19,905 nucleotides of DNA, taken from NCBI GenBank assembly GCA_965644295.1, contig CBFFRP010000510.1, forward strand, positions 1-19,905, in the 5' to 3' direction. Both the position numbers and the translations under genes were made by a program. This DNA comes from Paraphysomonas bandaiensis. Taxonomy: Eukaryota > Protista > Chrysophyceae. Shown one piece after another: positions 9,281-16,976 of this stretch. Under the pieces are notes generated by a model that saw nothing but the letters and a program-made list of their open reading frames with translations, was not told the origin of the DNA and searched no databases. How positions within the stretch are numbered: position 1 is the first letter of the stretch; each line of letters begins with the position of its first letter.

Positions 9281-9499
9281 ATATAATATACAAACATATT
9301 ATTTTTTTAAACCTTTTTTATATTTTATATATTTTATATATTTTTTAAAACTATTTTGTTTATTGTTTGTTGCGTGTGTGTATTCAACTATTTATTAACC
9401 TTCATCCGTTTTTTCTTTTTGACATCTTTCATGGCCTTTTTAAAATTATCTCTTTAAACCATTTTGCTTTTTAATAATTTTTTAATTGGTAATAACGTA

Positions 9500-9670
9500 A
9501 AAATTATTTTGAATAGAATAAATTATTTTGATAAAATATTTTGAATAGAATAAATATTTTATGAATAAATTATTTTGAAAAAATATTTTGAATAGAATAA
9601 ATATTTTTGATAAATTATTTTGAAAAGTATTCATGAGTTAAACAATGAAAATTATTTTGAAAATTTATTT
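9500..9670. repeat. Iteron-like tandem array of AAA(T)TATTTTG(AATAGAAT) units
   Basis: About 9-10 loose copies of the core. TATTTTGAATAGAATAAAT occurs three times. Confidence 0.85.
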
Positions 9671-9857
9671 TTTGCTTGCAACTACTACGATGACTATCAC
9701 TAACCCTTACCTTATATCTTTCCAGCAACTACGACTAGTCCGCTTTATTACTTCGTCTACTAATAAGTTTATTTTTGAGTATAGTAATTAGTATATTTAT
9801 TCTATTATCATACGTCTTTTATAAAAAAAATTATTAAAAATTTCTAAAAATATACTC

Positions 9858-9929
9858 AAAAATATACTATAAAATATTAAGGTTCTTTATTACTTTTTGA
9901 ATTTTAAGTATATTTTATAGTATATTTTT
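9858..9929. repeat. Perfect 20-bp inverted repeat with a 32-bp spacer
   Basis: AAAAATATACTATAAAATAT (9858-9877) pairs with ATATTTTATAGTATATTTTT (9910-9929). A second 13-bp pair lies at 9771-9783 / 9851-9863. Confidence 0.9.
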
Positions 9930-10004
9930 TAAATTTGTTTTTTAATTTATTACTTTTTAAATATTATATTAACTTTATATATTTAAGTTATTTTATAGCT
10001 TTAA

Positions 10005-10212
10005 GCCCTGTTTACAGAGGGCGTTATATTAGCTTGCTAATGGAAGAGAGGATAAGAAAAACTTGATTTTTCGTTCATCGTATTTGTTCTGTGTGACACA
10101 CAGAAAGGCGGAAAGGGGAGCCGGGTCGTTCTGTGCCACTTAGGCATCCCTCCTGAGCCGGGAGGCTCTCCGTATAGTTATAAAACATTCGTTTTATAAC
10201 TCTTCCTTATCA
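10005..10212. other. GC-enriched multi-hairpin island at the symmetry centre (candidate origin or structured RNA)
   Basis: At least six stem-loops read directly: 10005-10022, 10028-10041, 10056-10072, 10087-10105, 10115-10171 (enclosing 10134-10146) and 10176-10201. Function is inferred only. Confidence 0.6.
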
Positions 10213-10612
10213 CTCTAAGTATATTATTAATACTCTTATATAATACTATACTTTAAATACTAATATTAATAATCTATACTTTAAACTGTTTTATAATACT
10301 ATATACTTTATACACTTTATACATTAAAAAGTAACACACCTGACAACATGGATAAAAAGGATAATATTTTAAAGGATAATTAAAAAACTGGTATTAATAG
10401 TTTTGAAATTGAAAAATCCCCCCACACTGTCCAGCATGAATAAGTGATAGAGTCACAAGCATAGTTGAAGAGATGTAAAAGAGTGTGTGGAATGTGAAAA
10501 AGTGATAACGATTATAAAGTACAATCACACGCAAAAAACAATATACAAAATCTTTTTTTTTAAATTAATATAAAACAATTTAAAAATTAAAATATAATAC
10601 TATTATATAGAT

Positions 10613-12358
10613 ATGGAAATTCTAACTTTACCAAAGGAAGACTTCAGTATTTCAAAGATGCAAGACTTAGAGAAACATGGAGAACTTAAAGACAATCTAG
10701 ATGTAATAAAGTATGTGTTTAAGTATTACTACGAAATACAAGGCGGTCTATACTACTTTTATGATGTTGAAGAAGACAAATTTGTTATGAAGACTAAAAA
10801 AGATTTCAAAAACGAAGTTCTTGTAAAACTTGAAAAAGAAAAAGAGATAACGAAACAAATGAACAAGAACAACAAAATTTTCAAGATAGCATGTAAAATA
10901 GGTAAACCGAGAATATACAAGAACAATTCTAAATACTATATAAATGAATCTGGGTCATTCTTACATACTAATTACAAGTCATTCAAAGAGTATGATAAGA
11001 AAACTAAAGAGTCAGTCTATAAGTTTATTGATTTCATGAGAGAGGTCTCATGTAACAATGACGAGAAGACATTAAAAGCATTGTTGTTATGGTATGCTTT
11101 AATAGCAAGAGGTATAAAGACTGAATTGATGATAGTTAGAAGAACAAGTGCTCAAGGAGTTGGAAAATCAACAGAACCAGATTTCTTTTATGAGTTTGTG
11201 TTTGGACACAGTGTATCAGTAAGAGTTACAGATTTATCACCTTTCCTCACAGCAAATAACAAGCTACTACTTGGTAAGGTATTCGTAATAGTAGAAGATA
11301 TTGAAGACTTAACAGACAATGATTATAAAAGATTCTCATCTAAAATTAAAACTTATGTGACTGAAAAAACTACATTGTATGCTGACAAATACGAAAAGCA
11401 ATTTGATGCACCTAATATAAACAACTATGTAGCAACTACCAACTATCATATGAAAGATTCGTCAGGACGTAGAGCAGCAGAATTAGATATATCTTTAGCA
11501 AGAAAGCAAGATTTTGAATATTTCAATGACTTAAGAGAAACATGTTTTAATATGAAGTGTGGCGAAGCGTTCTTCTCATACTTACTAACTGAAATCACTG
11601 ACGAACAATGTTCAAAATACTATCCTCAAAGAGACTTTCCAGAGACAGAGAATAAGAGAATAGCTATATCAAGTAACTTAGACAGTGCTTATAGATTCAT
11701 TAAAGAGATGTTTGTTTTAAAGAGATTACCAATTAAGAGAGTTCCAAGAAAGAGTTTATATGATGACTACGCAGAATGGGCATCAAGTAGTGGAGTAAGA
11801 AAGTTAAAGTCAAATACATTTTATCAAAAACTAGAAGAAGTCAAAATAACAACTATAAAGTCGAATGGATTCAGATATAATTATTCTGTGAAAGAGTTAC
11901 ATTCTATAGCAGAAAAAGAGAAGTGGATATGTAAATATGATGAATTTGATGGTGATAACACTTATGAAACTAACTGTATTCAAGATGAAGAAGCTGAAGA
12001 AGTCAAAAGATTGAAAGATGAAATCCAACTATTGAAAGAAAGAATAAAAGAACTTGAGAAGAGTGATAACAAGAAGACAACAAAAGAAGATAAGCTTATT
12101 AAAGAGTTAGATGAACTTGATGAACTTGACGAACTTGATGAACATGAATATGACGAAGAAGACTTGAACAAGTCATTTGACTTTGGTGTAAACACTGTAA
12201 TCAAAGCAAAGAACAAACTAATTACGACAAATGAGAAGAAAGAGGAAAAGAAGACAACGAAAGAGACTAAAGTTAACAAAGATGTCAATCTCGTAATGTT
12301 ACCAGAACAGACAGACTTGACAGATGAAGATATCAAAAATTTCACTAGTTTTTTTTAA
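10613..12358 (+). CDS. SF3 / D5-like replicative helicase, copy 2, with no evident primase domain
   Basis: Walker A QGVGKST, Walker B VIVED, sensor ATTNY, GRR. Shares NINNY and DFPET with copy 1. Acidic/coiled-coil tail with DEL repeats. Confidence 0.88.
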   Translation: MEILTLPKEDFSISKMQDLEKHGELKDNLDVIKYVFKYYYEIQGGLYYFYDVEEDKFVMKTKKDFKNEVLVKLEKEKEITKQMNKNNKIFKIACKIGKPRIYKNNSKYYINESGSFLHTNYKSFKEYDKKTKESVYKFIDFMREVSCNNDEKTLKALLLWYALIARGIKTELMIVRRTSAQGVGKSTEPDFFYEFVFGHSVSVRVTDLSPFLTANNKLLLGKVFVIVEDIEDLTDNDYKRFSSKIKTYVTEKTTLYADKYEKQFDAPNINNYVATTNYHMKDSSGRRAAELDISLARKQDFEYFNDLRETCFNMKCGEAFFSYLLTEITDEQCSKYYPQRDFPETENKRIAISSNLDSAYRFIKEMFVLKRLPIKRVPRKSLYDDYAEWASSSGVRKLKSNTFYQKLEEVKITTIKSNGFRYNYSVKELHSIAEKEKWICKYDEFDGDNTYETNCIQDEEAEEVKRLKDEIQLLKERIKELEKSDNKKTTKEDKLIKELDELDELDELDEHEYDEEDLNKSFDFGVNTVIKAKNKLITTNEKKEEKKTTKETKVNKDVNLVMLPEQTDLTDEDIKNFTSFF

Positions 12359-12423
12359 AATAATATAAATAATATAAAACAATTTAAAATTTTAATATAT
12401 ATATTTAATATATATATATACAT

Positions 12424-12747
12424 ATGAATTTTACAATCAAAGATATAAACACTGTATCAAAAGGCAAATACAAGATAGGAGCAAAGAGAATACGACCTAA
12501 CACAGGAAAGAAGCTACAAATAAACGATATAAGAACACTTTATAAAGCTTTGTTAGATGATAAAGGAATTGACAGACATAAAATCAACATAGCGATAAAA
12601 ACTATTGATGGTAGATATCTAACGATAAAGAGTTTTCAAGACAATGAAATTAAAGACTGGGATGATGTGGAATATCTGAAGAACAAAGTTAAAGATGACA
12701 AAAAGTTTCTTGACTTTGAATATGCTGATTTCTATGTGAAAAACTAA
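12424..12747 (+). CDS. Unknown 107-aa protein, homolog of 6928-7266
   Basis: Shares motif blocks and synteny with the 112-aa ORF. Upstream AAAACAATTTAAAA motif. Confidence 0.85.
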   Translation: MNFTIKDINTVSKGKYKIGAKRIRPNTGKKLQINDIRTLYKALLDDKGIDRHKINIAIKTIDGRYLTIKSFQDNEIKDWDDVEYLKNKVKDDKKFLDFEYADFYVKN

Positions 12748-12807
12748 ATTAATATAAAATAATTTAAAATAGTATAAAGAATTATTATATATATATAATA
12801 TATAATA

Positions 12808-14253
12808 ATGAGTATTAATAAGACAAAGTTTACAAGTAAGAATGGTGAAGAGAGAGTATACAACAAAGAAACAGGTGAAAGCCGTTATTTGAGATACTTC
12901 TATAGAGAGAACGGCAAAACATATTATATGTCACACGATAAAGATGATTTGAACTGTCAAACAGAACAAGAGAGATGTGATGATGGATTGAATAAATATA
13001 ACTACTTTGAACTGTTTGACGGTTATGAAGGTTCAAAAGAAGGAATACGAAAGTATATGAAAGACTTTAAAGAATGTTGTGATATACTATTAAAAGATGG
13101 TATATTTTATAAGAAGTATTACAATCATAAGAGTGCTACAATGCTAACCTTTTCAAGATTCTCAAATATGAAAAAGAACAGTGTAAGTATGAACAATAAG
13201 AAAGTTAGATTAGAAAACATAAACTTCAAAGAATCTTATGTTTTGGAGAAGTGTCATAATGCTGGTCTTTGTTGTTTAGATGAACAATACAAAGGTAATG
13301 TTCTAAAGTGTTATGGATACGACTACGGCGCTTTCTATCCTTATATTCTGTCTAAAAGTGACTTGAAGGTTGCTACCTCACAACCAGTATATAAGATAAT
13401 GTCTCAAGATAAGTTTATGAAGAAGTTGTCAAAAGGTAAGTTGAAATATGGAGTATACAATGTCAAAATAACAATTACAGAAAAAGATAATAAAACAAGT
13501 CCTTCACAGTTTTATAAGAAGTTTTCATTTTCAAGTGATAATTGGTATACTCATATAGACTTGTCATATGTATATTCACAAATAGACAACTTTGAATTAG
13601 AGTTTAAGATAAATGAACAAGCTAAAGATTATAACACTATGATATATGACGAAGATGACTTAATAGACAGCAAAGTTATATTTGAGAGTTGGTATGACAA
13701 ATTAAAGAGTATGAAAGATAAGAATAAGAATATGTTAATAAAACACTTGATGTCCAGTATTTGGGGTTACTTGTGTGAACATAAGAAACTGTATTACTCT
13801 CAAGAAGAGTTTATGAAACTTGATGACGAAGATGTCTCAGACATAACAGACAAAGACAATACAAAATATAAGGTATTGAAAGAGAAGATGAGTATTGACA
13901 GTGATGATAATATAAAGATTGACTTTACATTGATTGATAAAGACCAACCTTATAAATACAACATAGCAAGAATGAAGCCATTTCTTATGTCATATTGTCG
14001 TTGTTTTGTGGCGAAGATGATAGATAGAGAAGGTATATTACATAAGATAATAAGAATCCATACAGACGGTATAGTATTGAACAGTAAACACGAATTCAAA
14101 GGCGAATACAAGCCATTGAAAGAATCCAAAACAACAGGCAATATACTCTGGAAAAACACAAATACCTATTTTCATAAGTGTAAAAAGTGCGATTTTTTGT
14201 ATTCTCATAGAACAAAAAAGTTGATGGGTAAAGATGAAATACACGATTGTTAA
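12808..14253 (+). CDS. Short divergent family-B (protein-primed-like) DNA polymerase, copy 2
   Basis: Motif A-like DYGAFYP, B-like KHLMSSIWG, MSYCR, C-like IHTDG. Shares GKLKYG(I/V)Y, YKYNxARxKPFL and KYxNH with copy 1. C-terminal CxxC...HxC. No recognisable Exo motifs. Confidence 0.75.
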   Translation: MSINKTKFTSKNGEERVYNKETGESRYLRYFYRENGKTYYMSHDKDDLNCQTEQERCDDGLNKYNYFELFDGYEGSKEGIRKYMKDFKECCDILLKDGIFYKKYYNHKSATMLTFSRFSNMKKNSVSMNNKKVRLENINFKESYVLEKCHNAGLCCLDEQYKGNVLKCYGYDYGAFYPYILSKSDLKVATSQPVYKIMSQDKFMKKLSKGKLKYGVYNVKITITEKDNKTSPSQFYKKFSFSSDNWYTHIDLSYVYSQIDNFELEFKINEQAKDYNTMIYDEDDLIDSKVIFESWYDKLKSMKDKNKNMLIKHLMSSIWGYLCEHKKLYYSQEEFMKLDDEDVSDITDKDNTKYKVLKEKMSIDSDDNIKIDFTLIDKDQPYKYNIARMKPFLMSYCRCFVAKMIDREGILHKIIRIHTDGIVLNSKHEFKGEYKPLKESKTTGNILWKNTNTYFHKCKKCDFLYSHRTKKLMGKDEIHDC

Positions 14254-15266
14254 TCCTTCTTGTTGTATTCATCAATCAAGTTCCTTAATCCATCTTCAAT
14301 TAAGTTTTTCTCAGGTTCCCATGTGCTTTCATTCTTTCTATAGTTCTTCCACCATATCAAGTATTCAGTTTTCTTATTCTTTGTTCTCTTTCCAATAATC
14401 TTTTTAACTTCATATTTCGTTTCCTTTTCATCTTTAGCCTTCATGAGTTCATATTCAGAGTAAGAGACATTAGGTAATCCTTCTAATATATATCTGTGAT
14501 AAGGTTTATCAGTGAAATAAGCAACTTTTATAATCTTCTTTGGTATTTGTGAATATCTATAATCACCAACACGAAAGTTTTTCGTATTTTGTTTATGTCC
14601 TAAAGCATTTTCAGGAGTGTTGAGTTTTTCATATACAACATCACCAACTTTATATTTTTGTTTAATAGAATGGTCAATGAATCCAGGTTCATTAACTGTT
14701 AAGTTTTCTCTGAATTCGTTCAAATCTTTTCTGACTATTGGTATTATATCAGTCCATTCTTTATATACTTTCTTTGTTTCTTTCTCTTTTTTATTCATAT
14801 AACCGTTAAACAGTCTGTCTAATTGCTTATTCAATGCTTCAACACTCGCCAATTGTTTATGTCTATTAGGTAAAGCTACTTTATGTAAGATTGAATTGTC
14901 ATATAAGTATTTGAAAAAGACACCTTTGAATTCATTTCCGTCATCTGTTCTTATAGAAGCATAAGGTTTATCAATATATGGTCGTTTAAAACATTCTTTC
15001 ATAGCATTTAAAACAGTTTGAGAATCTTTATTCTTGATTGGTTCAATGTCAAATCGTCTTGTGAATAAGTCACATATAACAAAACAGTATCTATATCCTT
15101 TTGAAGTTGTTGGAAGTTCTAACAAATCAGCCATCATGTTATAATTAGCCTTTTGAATAGTATTCTTTCTAACACTATTAAATTTCTTTTGCTTCTTTCC
15201 TTCTTTAGTAAATGTTTCATCAATATCAAGTTTCTTTATTATGTCATTGAATGATTTCTTGCTCAT
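14250..15266 (-). CDS. rve DDE integrase with chromodomain, copy 2
   Basis: Same DDE and chromodomain motifs. About 40 differences in 338 aa versus copy 1 by manual count, mostly conservative. Confidence 0.95.
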   Translation of the reverse strand: MSKKSFNDIIKKLDIDETFTKEGKKQKKFNSVRKNTIQKANYNMMADLLELPTTSKGYRYCFVICDLFTRRFDIEPIKNKDSQTVLNAMKECFKRPYIDKPYASIRTDDGNEFKGVFFKYLYDNSILHKVALPNRHKQLASVEALNKQLDRLFNGYMNKKEKETKKVYKEWTDIIPIVRKDLNEFRENLTVNEPGFIDHSIKQKYKVGDVVYEKLNTPENALGHKQNTKNFRVGDYRYSQIPKKIIKVAYFTDKPYHRYILEGLPNVSYSEYELMKAKDEKETKYEVKKIIGKRTKNKKTEYLIWWKNYRKNESTWEPEKNLIEDGLRNLIDEYNKKD

Positions 15267-15363
15267 ATATATTATGTGTATATATAAAATATGAAATATT
15301 CAGTTGCGTAAATTTTATATAAAGTAATTTAAAAAAATAAAAATATATAGTATTATTAATAAT

Positions 15364-15582
15364 ATGAACAAATCAGAAAAGAACATTGCATATCAAAAAG
15401 AATACTACAAGAAGAATAAAGACAAACTCATTGCTTATAACTGCGAAAAGGTCAAATGTGAGTTATGTGGTCGACAAGTTTGCAAGAATAGAATTAAACT
15501 ACATTATAAAACTGCTTTATGTAAACGAACACAAGAAGAGAAGAAGATGTTGGAAGAAAGAAAGAATCAAATAAATGAATAA
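15364..15582 (+). CDS. Small basic Zn-finger-like protein, copy 2
   Basis: CELC-x11-H-x5-C. Two internal substitutions versus copy 1 and a slightly longer C-terminus. Confidence 0.85.
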   Translation: MNKSEKNIAYQKEYYKKNKDKLIAYNCEKVKCELCGRQVCKNRIKLHYKTALCKRTQEEKKMLEERKNQINE

Positions 15583-15630
15583 TTATTATAAAATGGTTTA
15601 AAAACTTATAAATACATATATATTATTACA

Positions 15631-16137
15631 ATGACTGAAGAGTGGAAAGTGATAGATGGTTACAACAATAATTACAGTGTATCAAACAAAGGAAATGTAA
15701 AGAATAATAAGACAAATAAGATATTGAAACAAAACATAAATACAAAGGGATACAATATACTTTGTCTCTGTGTAAATGGAAAGCGAAAAACAATAGAAGT
15801 TCACAGGTTAGTTGCATTGTCGTTTATACCAAATCCAGAAAATAAGCCTTGTGTGGACCATATAAATAATAACCCAACAGACAACAATGTCAATAATTTG
15901 AGATGGGTTACAAATTCAGAGAATCAATATAACCAAAAGTTGAGCAAAGCAAATACATCAGGAGTAAAAGGAGTCTGTTATCACAAAAGAGATAAGAAGT
16001 GGAATGCGCAAATAACATTAGACGGCATTAAAATTCACCTTGGATACTTTGACACAATAGAAGAAGCAAAACAAGCAAGGATAAAAAGAGCAAATGAAGC
16101 CTTTGGAGTCTTTACAAATGCTTGTGAGAAAGAATAA
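15631..16137 (+). CDS. HNH homing endonuclease (NUMOD4 + HNH + AP2-like domain)
   Basis: NUMOD4-like EEWKVIDGY..YSVSNKGNVKN. HNH core VHRLVA..FIPNP...VDHINNNPTDNNVNNLRWVTNSEN. AP2-like NTSGVKGV...KWNAQI...HLGYFDTIEEAKQAR. Confidence 0.93.
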   Translation: MTEEWKVIDGYNNNYSVSNKGNVKNNKTNKILKQNINTKGYNILCLCVNGKRKTIEVHRLVALSFIPNPENKPCVDHINNNPTDNNVNNLRWVTNSENQYNQKLSKANTSGVKGVCYHKRDKKWNAQITLDGIKIHLGYFDTIEEAKQARIKRANEAFGVFTNACEKE

Positions 16138-16449
16138 GAACTCCTATATAACAACAACAATGAACACAATGAATATGACTCATACACATAATCAAAGCTA
16201 TATACTTGATATGCCCTTATAATGACACCATATTTCCTTTATTTTCATGTTTGTTATACATCATAATGATGTGTAACAATGACAATGAATATTATGAATG
16301 AATATATATATAATGTATGTATATACTCGTAGACACACCAACAACACAAGACACACAACACAACACAACACAACACAACAACAGAGCAATACAGAATACA
16401 GACTGAAAATATTACATTTATATATTTAAATCATGTCGTGACGATGTAT

Positions 16450-16547
16450 GAAAGACGCTGGAGTCGTTCCGGTGGTAATTAGTCTGTGGCGGCAGATGAA
16501 AGCCCTGGTTCGATTCCCGTTGCCGCCACATCGAAAAGGCGTTTTTC
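16450..16547 (+). ncRNA. Candidate Pol III-type structured small RNA
   Basis: B-box/T-loop match GGTTCGATTCC (16507-16517) inside a perfect 10-bp stem TGTGGCGGCA/TGCCGCCACA (16485-16494/16521-16530). Outer stem GAAAGACGC/GCGTTTTTC and a T5 run at 16542-16546. Expression is not shown. Confidence 0.45.
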
Positions 16548-16605
16548 TGAAAAAATATGGAAAATTCAAATACTGTTGATGCAGGTGAAAAAACCACATC
16601 AATAC

Positions 16606-16670
16606 GCTATGAGAATTTCCAGACCATTTTGGGGAAGGAATTTCTTGCGATGGTCTGGAGTTCTCATAGC
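16606..16670. other. Long hairpin (~21-bp stem, one bulge)
   Basis: GCTATGAGAATTTCCAGACCAT (16606-16627) pairs with ATGGTCTGGAGTTCTCATAGC (16650-16670). Confidence 0.8.
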
Positions 16671-16689
16671 AGCCATTTTGCTAAAAACA

Positions 16690-16935
16690 AAACGAAAAAA
16701 CCCCGAATTTTTATATTTTGATATTTAAAAATCCCGTTTTTTTTAATGAAATATTCTTATGAAAGCTTAAAATCCTAATTTTATAAAGAAAAGAATATTA
16801 CCGAATTTATATATTAAAAACTCACTTTTATATATTTTAAAACCCCAAGTTTTTATAAAAATCCCTAATTTTTATATTTTAGATCTAGAAACCCCATATT
16901 TTTATATAAACCTTCTTATAAAACTCTAAAAACCT
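16690..16935. repeat. Degenerate ~20-bp periodic repeat, mirror of 3626-3772
   Basis: Units such as aaaaaccccgaatttt, aaaatcctaatttt, aaaaccccaagtttt, aaaatccctaatttt and aaaccccatatttt. Confidence 0.7.
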
Positions 16936-16976
16936 AATTTAATTATAGAATATAATAATGTTGTTGTATTATATAG

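Larger units (their letters stand above)
14250..16975. repeat. Right outer arm of the long, interrupted inverted repeat (partner 3261-5573)
   Basis: See the left arm. Interrupted by the intact HNH gene and a different structured cassette (~16410-16690). Confidence 0.95.

Noticed and set aside
9678-9765. ACTACT-like Polinton terminus (CAACTACTACGA; CAACTACGACTA)
   Set aside because: It resembles Polinton terminal simple repeats, but no matching AGTAGT end or 6-bp target-site duplication is visible in the window.
16485-16531. A true tRNA gene
   Set aside because: Only 46 nt lie between the stem ends. There are no D or anticodon arms and the T-stem is incomplete.
16493-16537. Hammerhead ribozyme (CAGATGA...CGAAA)
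   Set aside because: The core reads CAGAUGA, not CUGAUGA, and stems I-III cannot be built consistently.
3261-16975. Mirror as a fold-back sequencing or assembly artefact
   Set aside because: The arms differ by many synonymous and conservative changes, have arm-specific genes, and carry deeply diverged inner cassettes. A read-level artefact would be near-identical.
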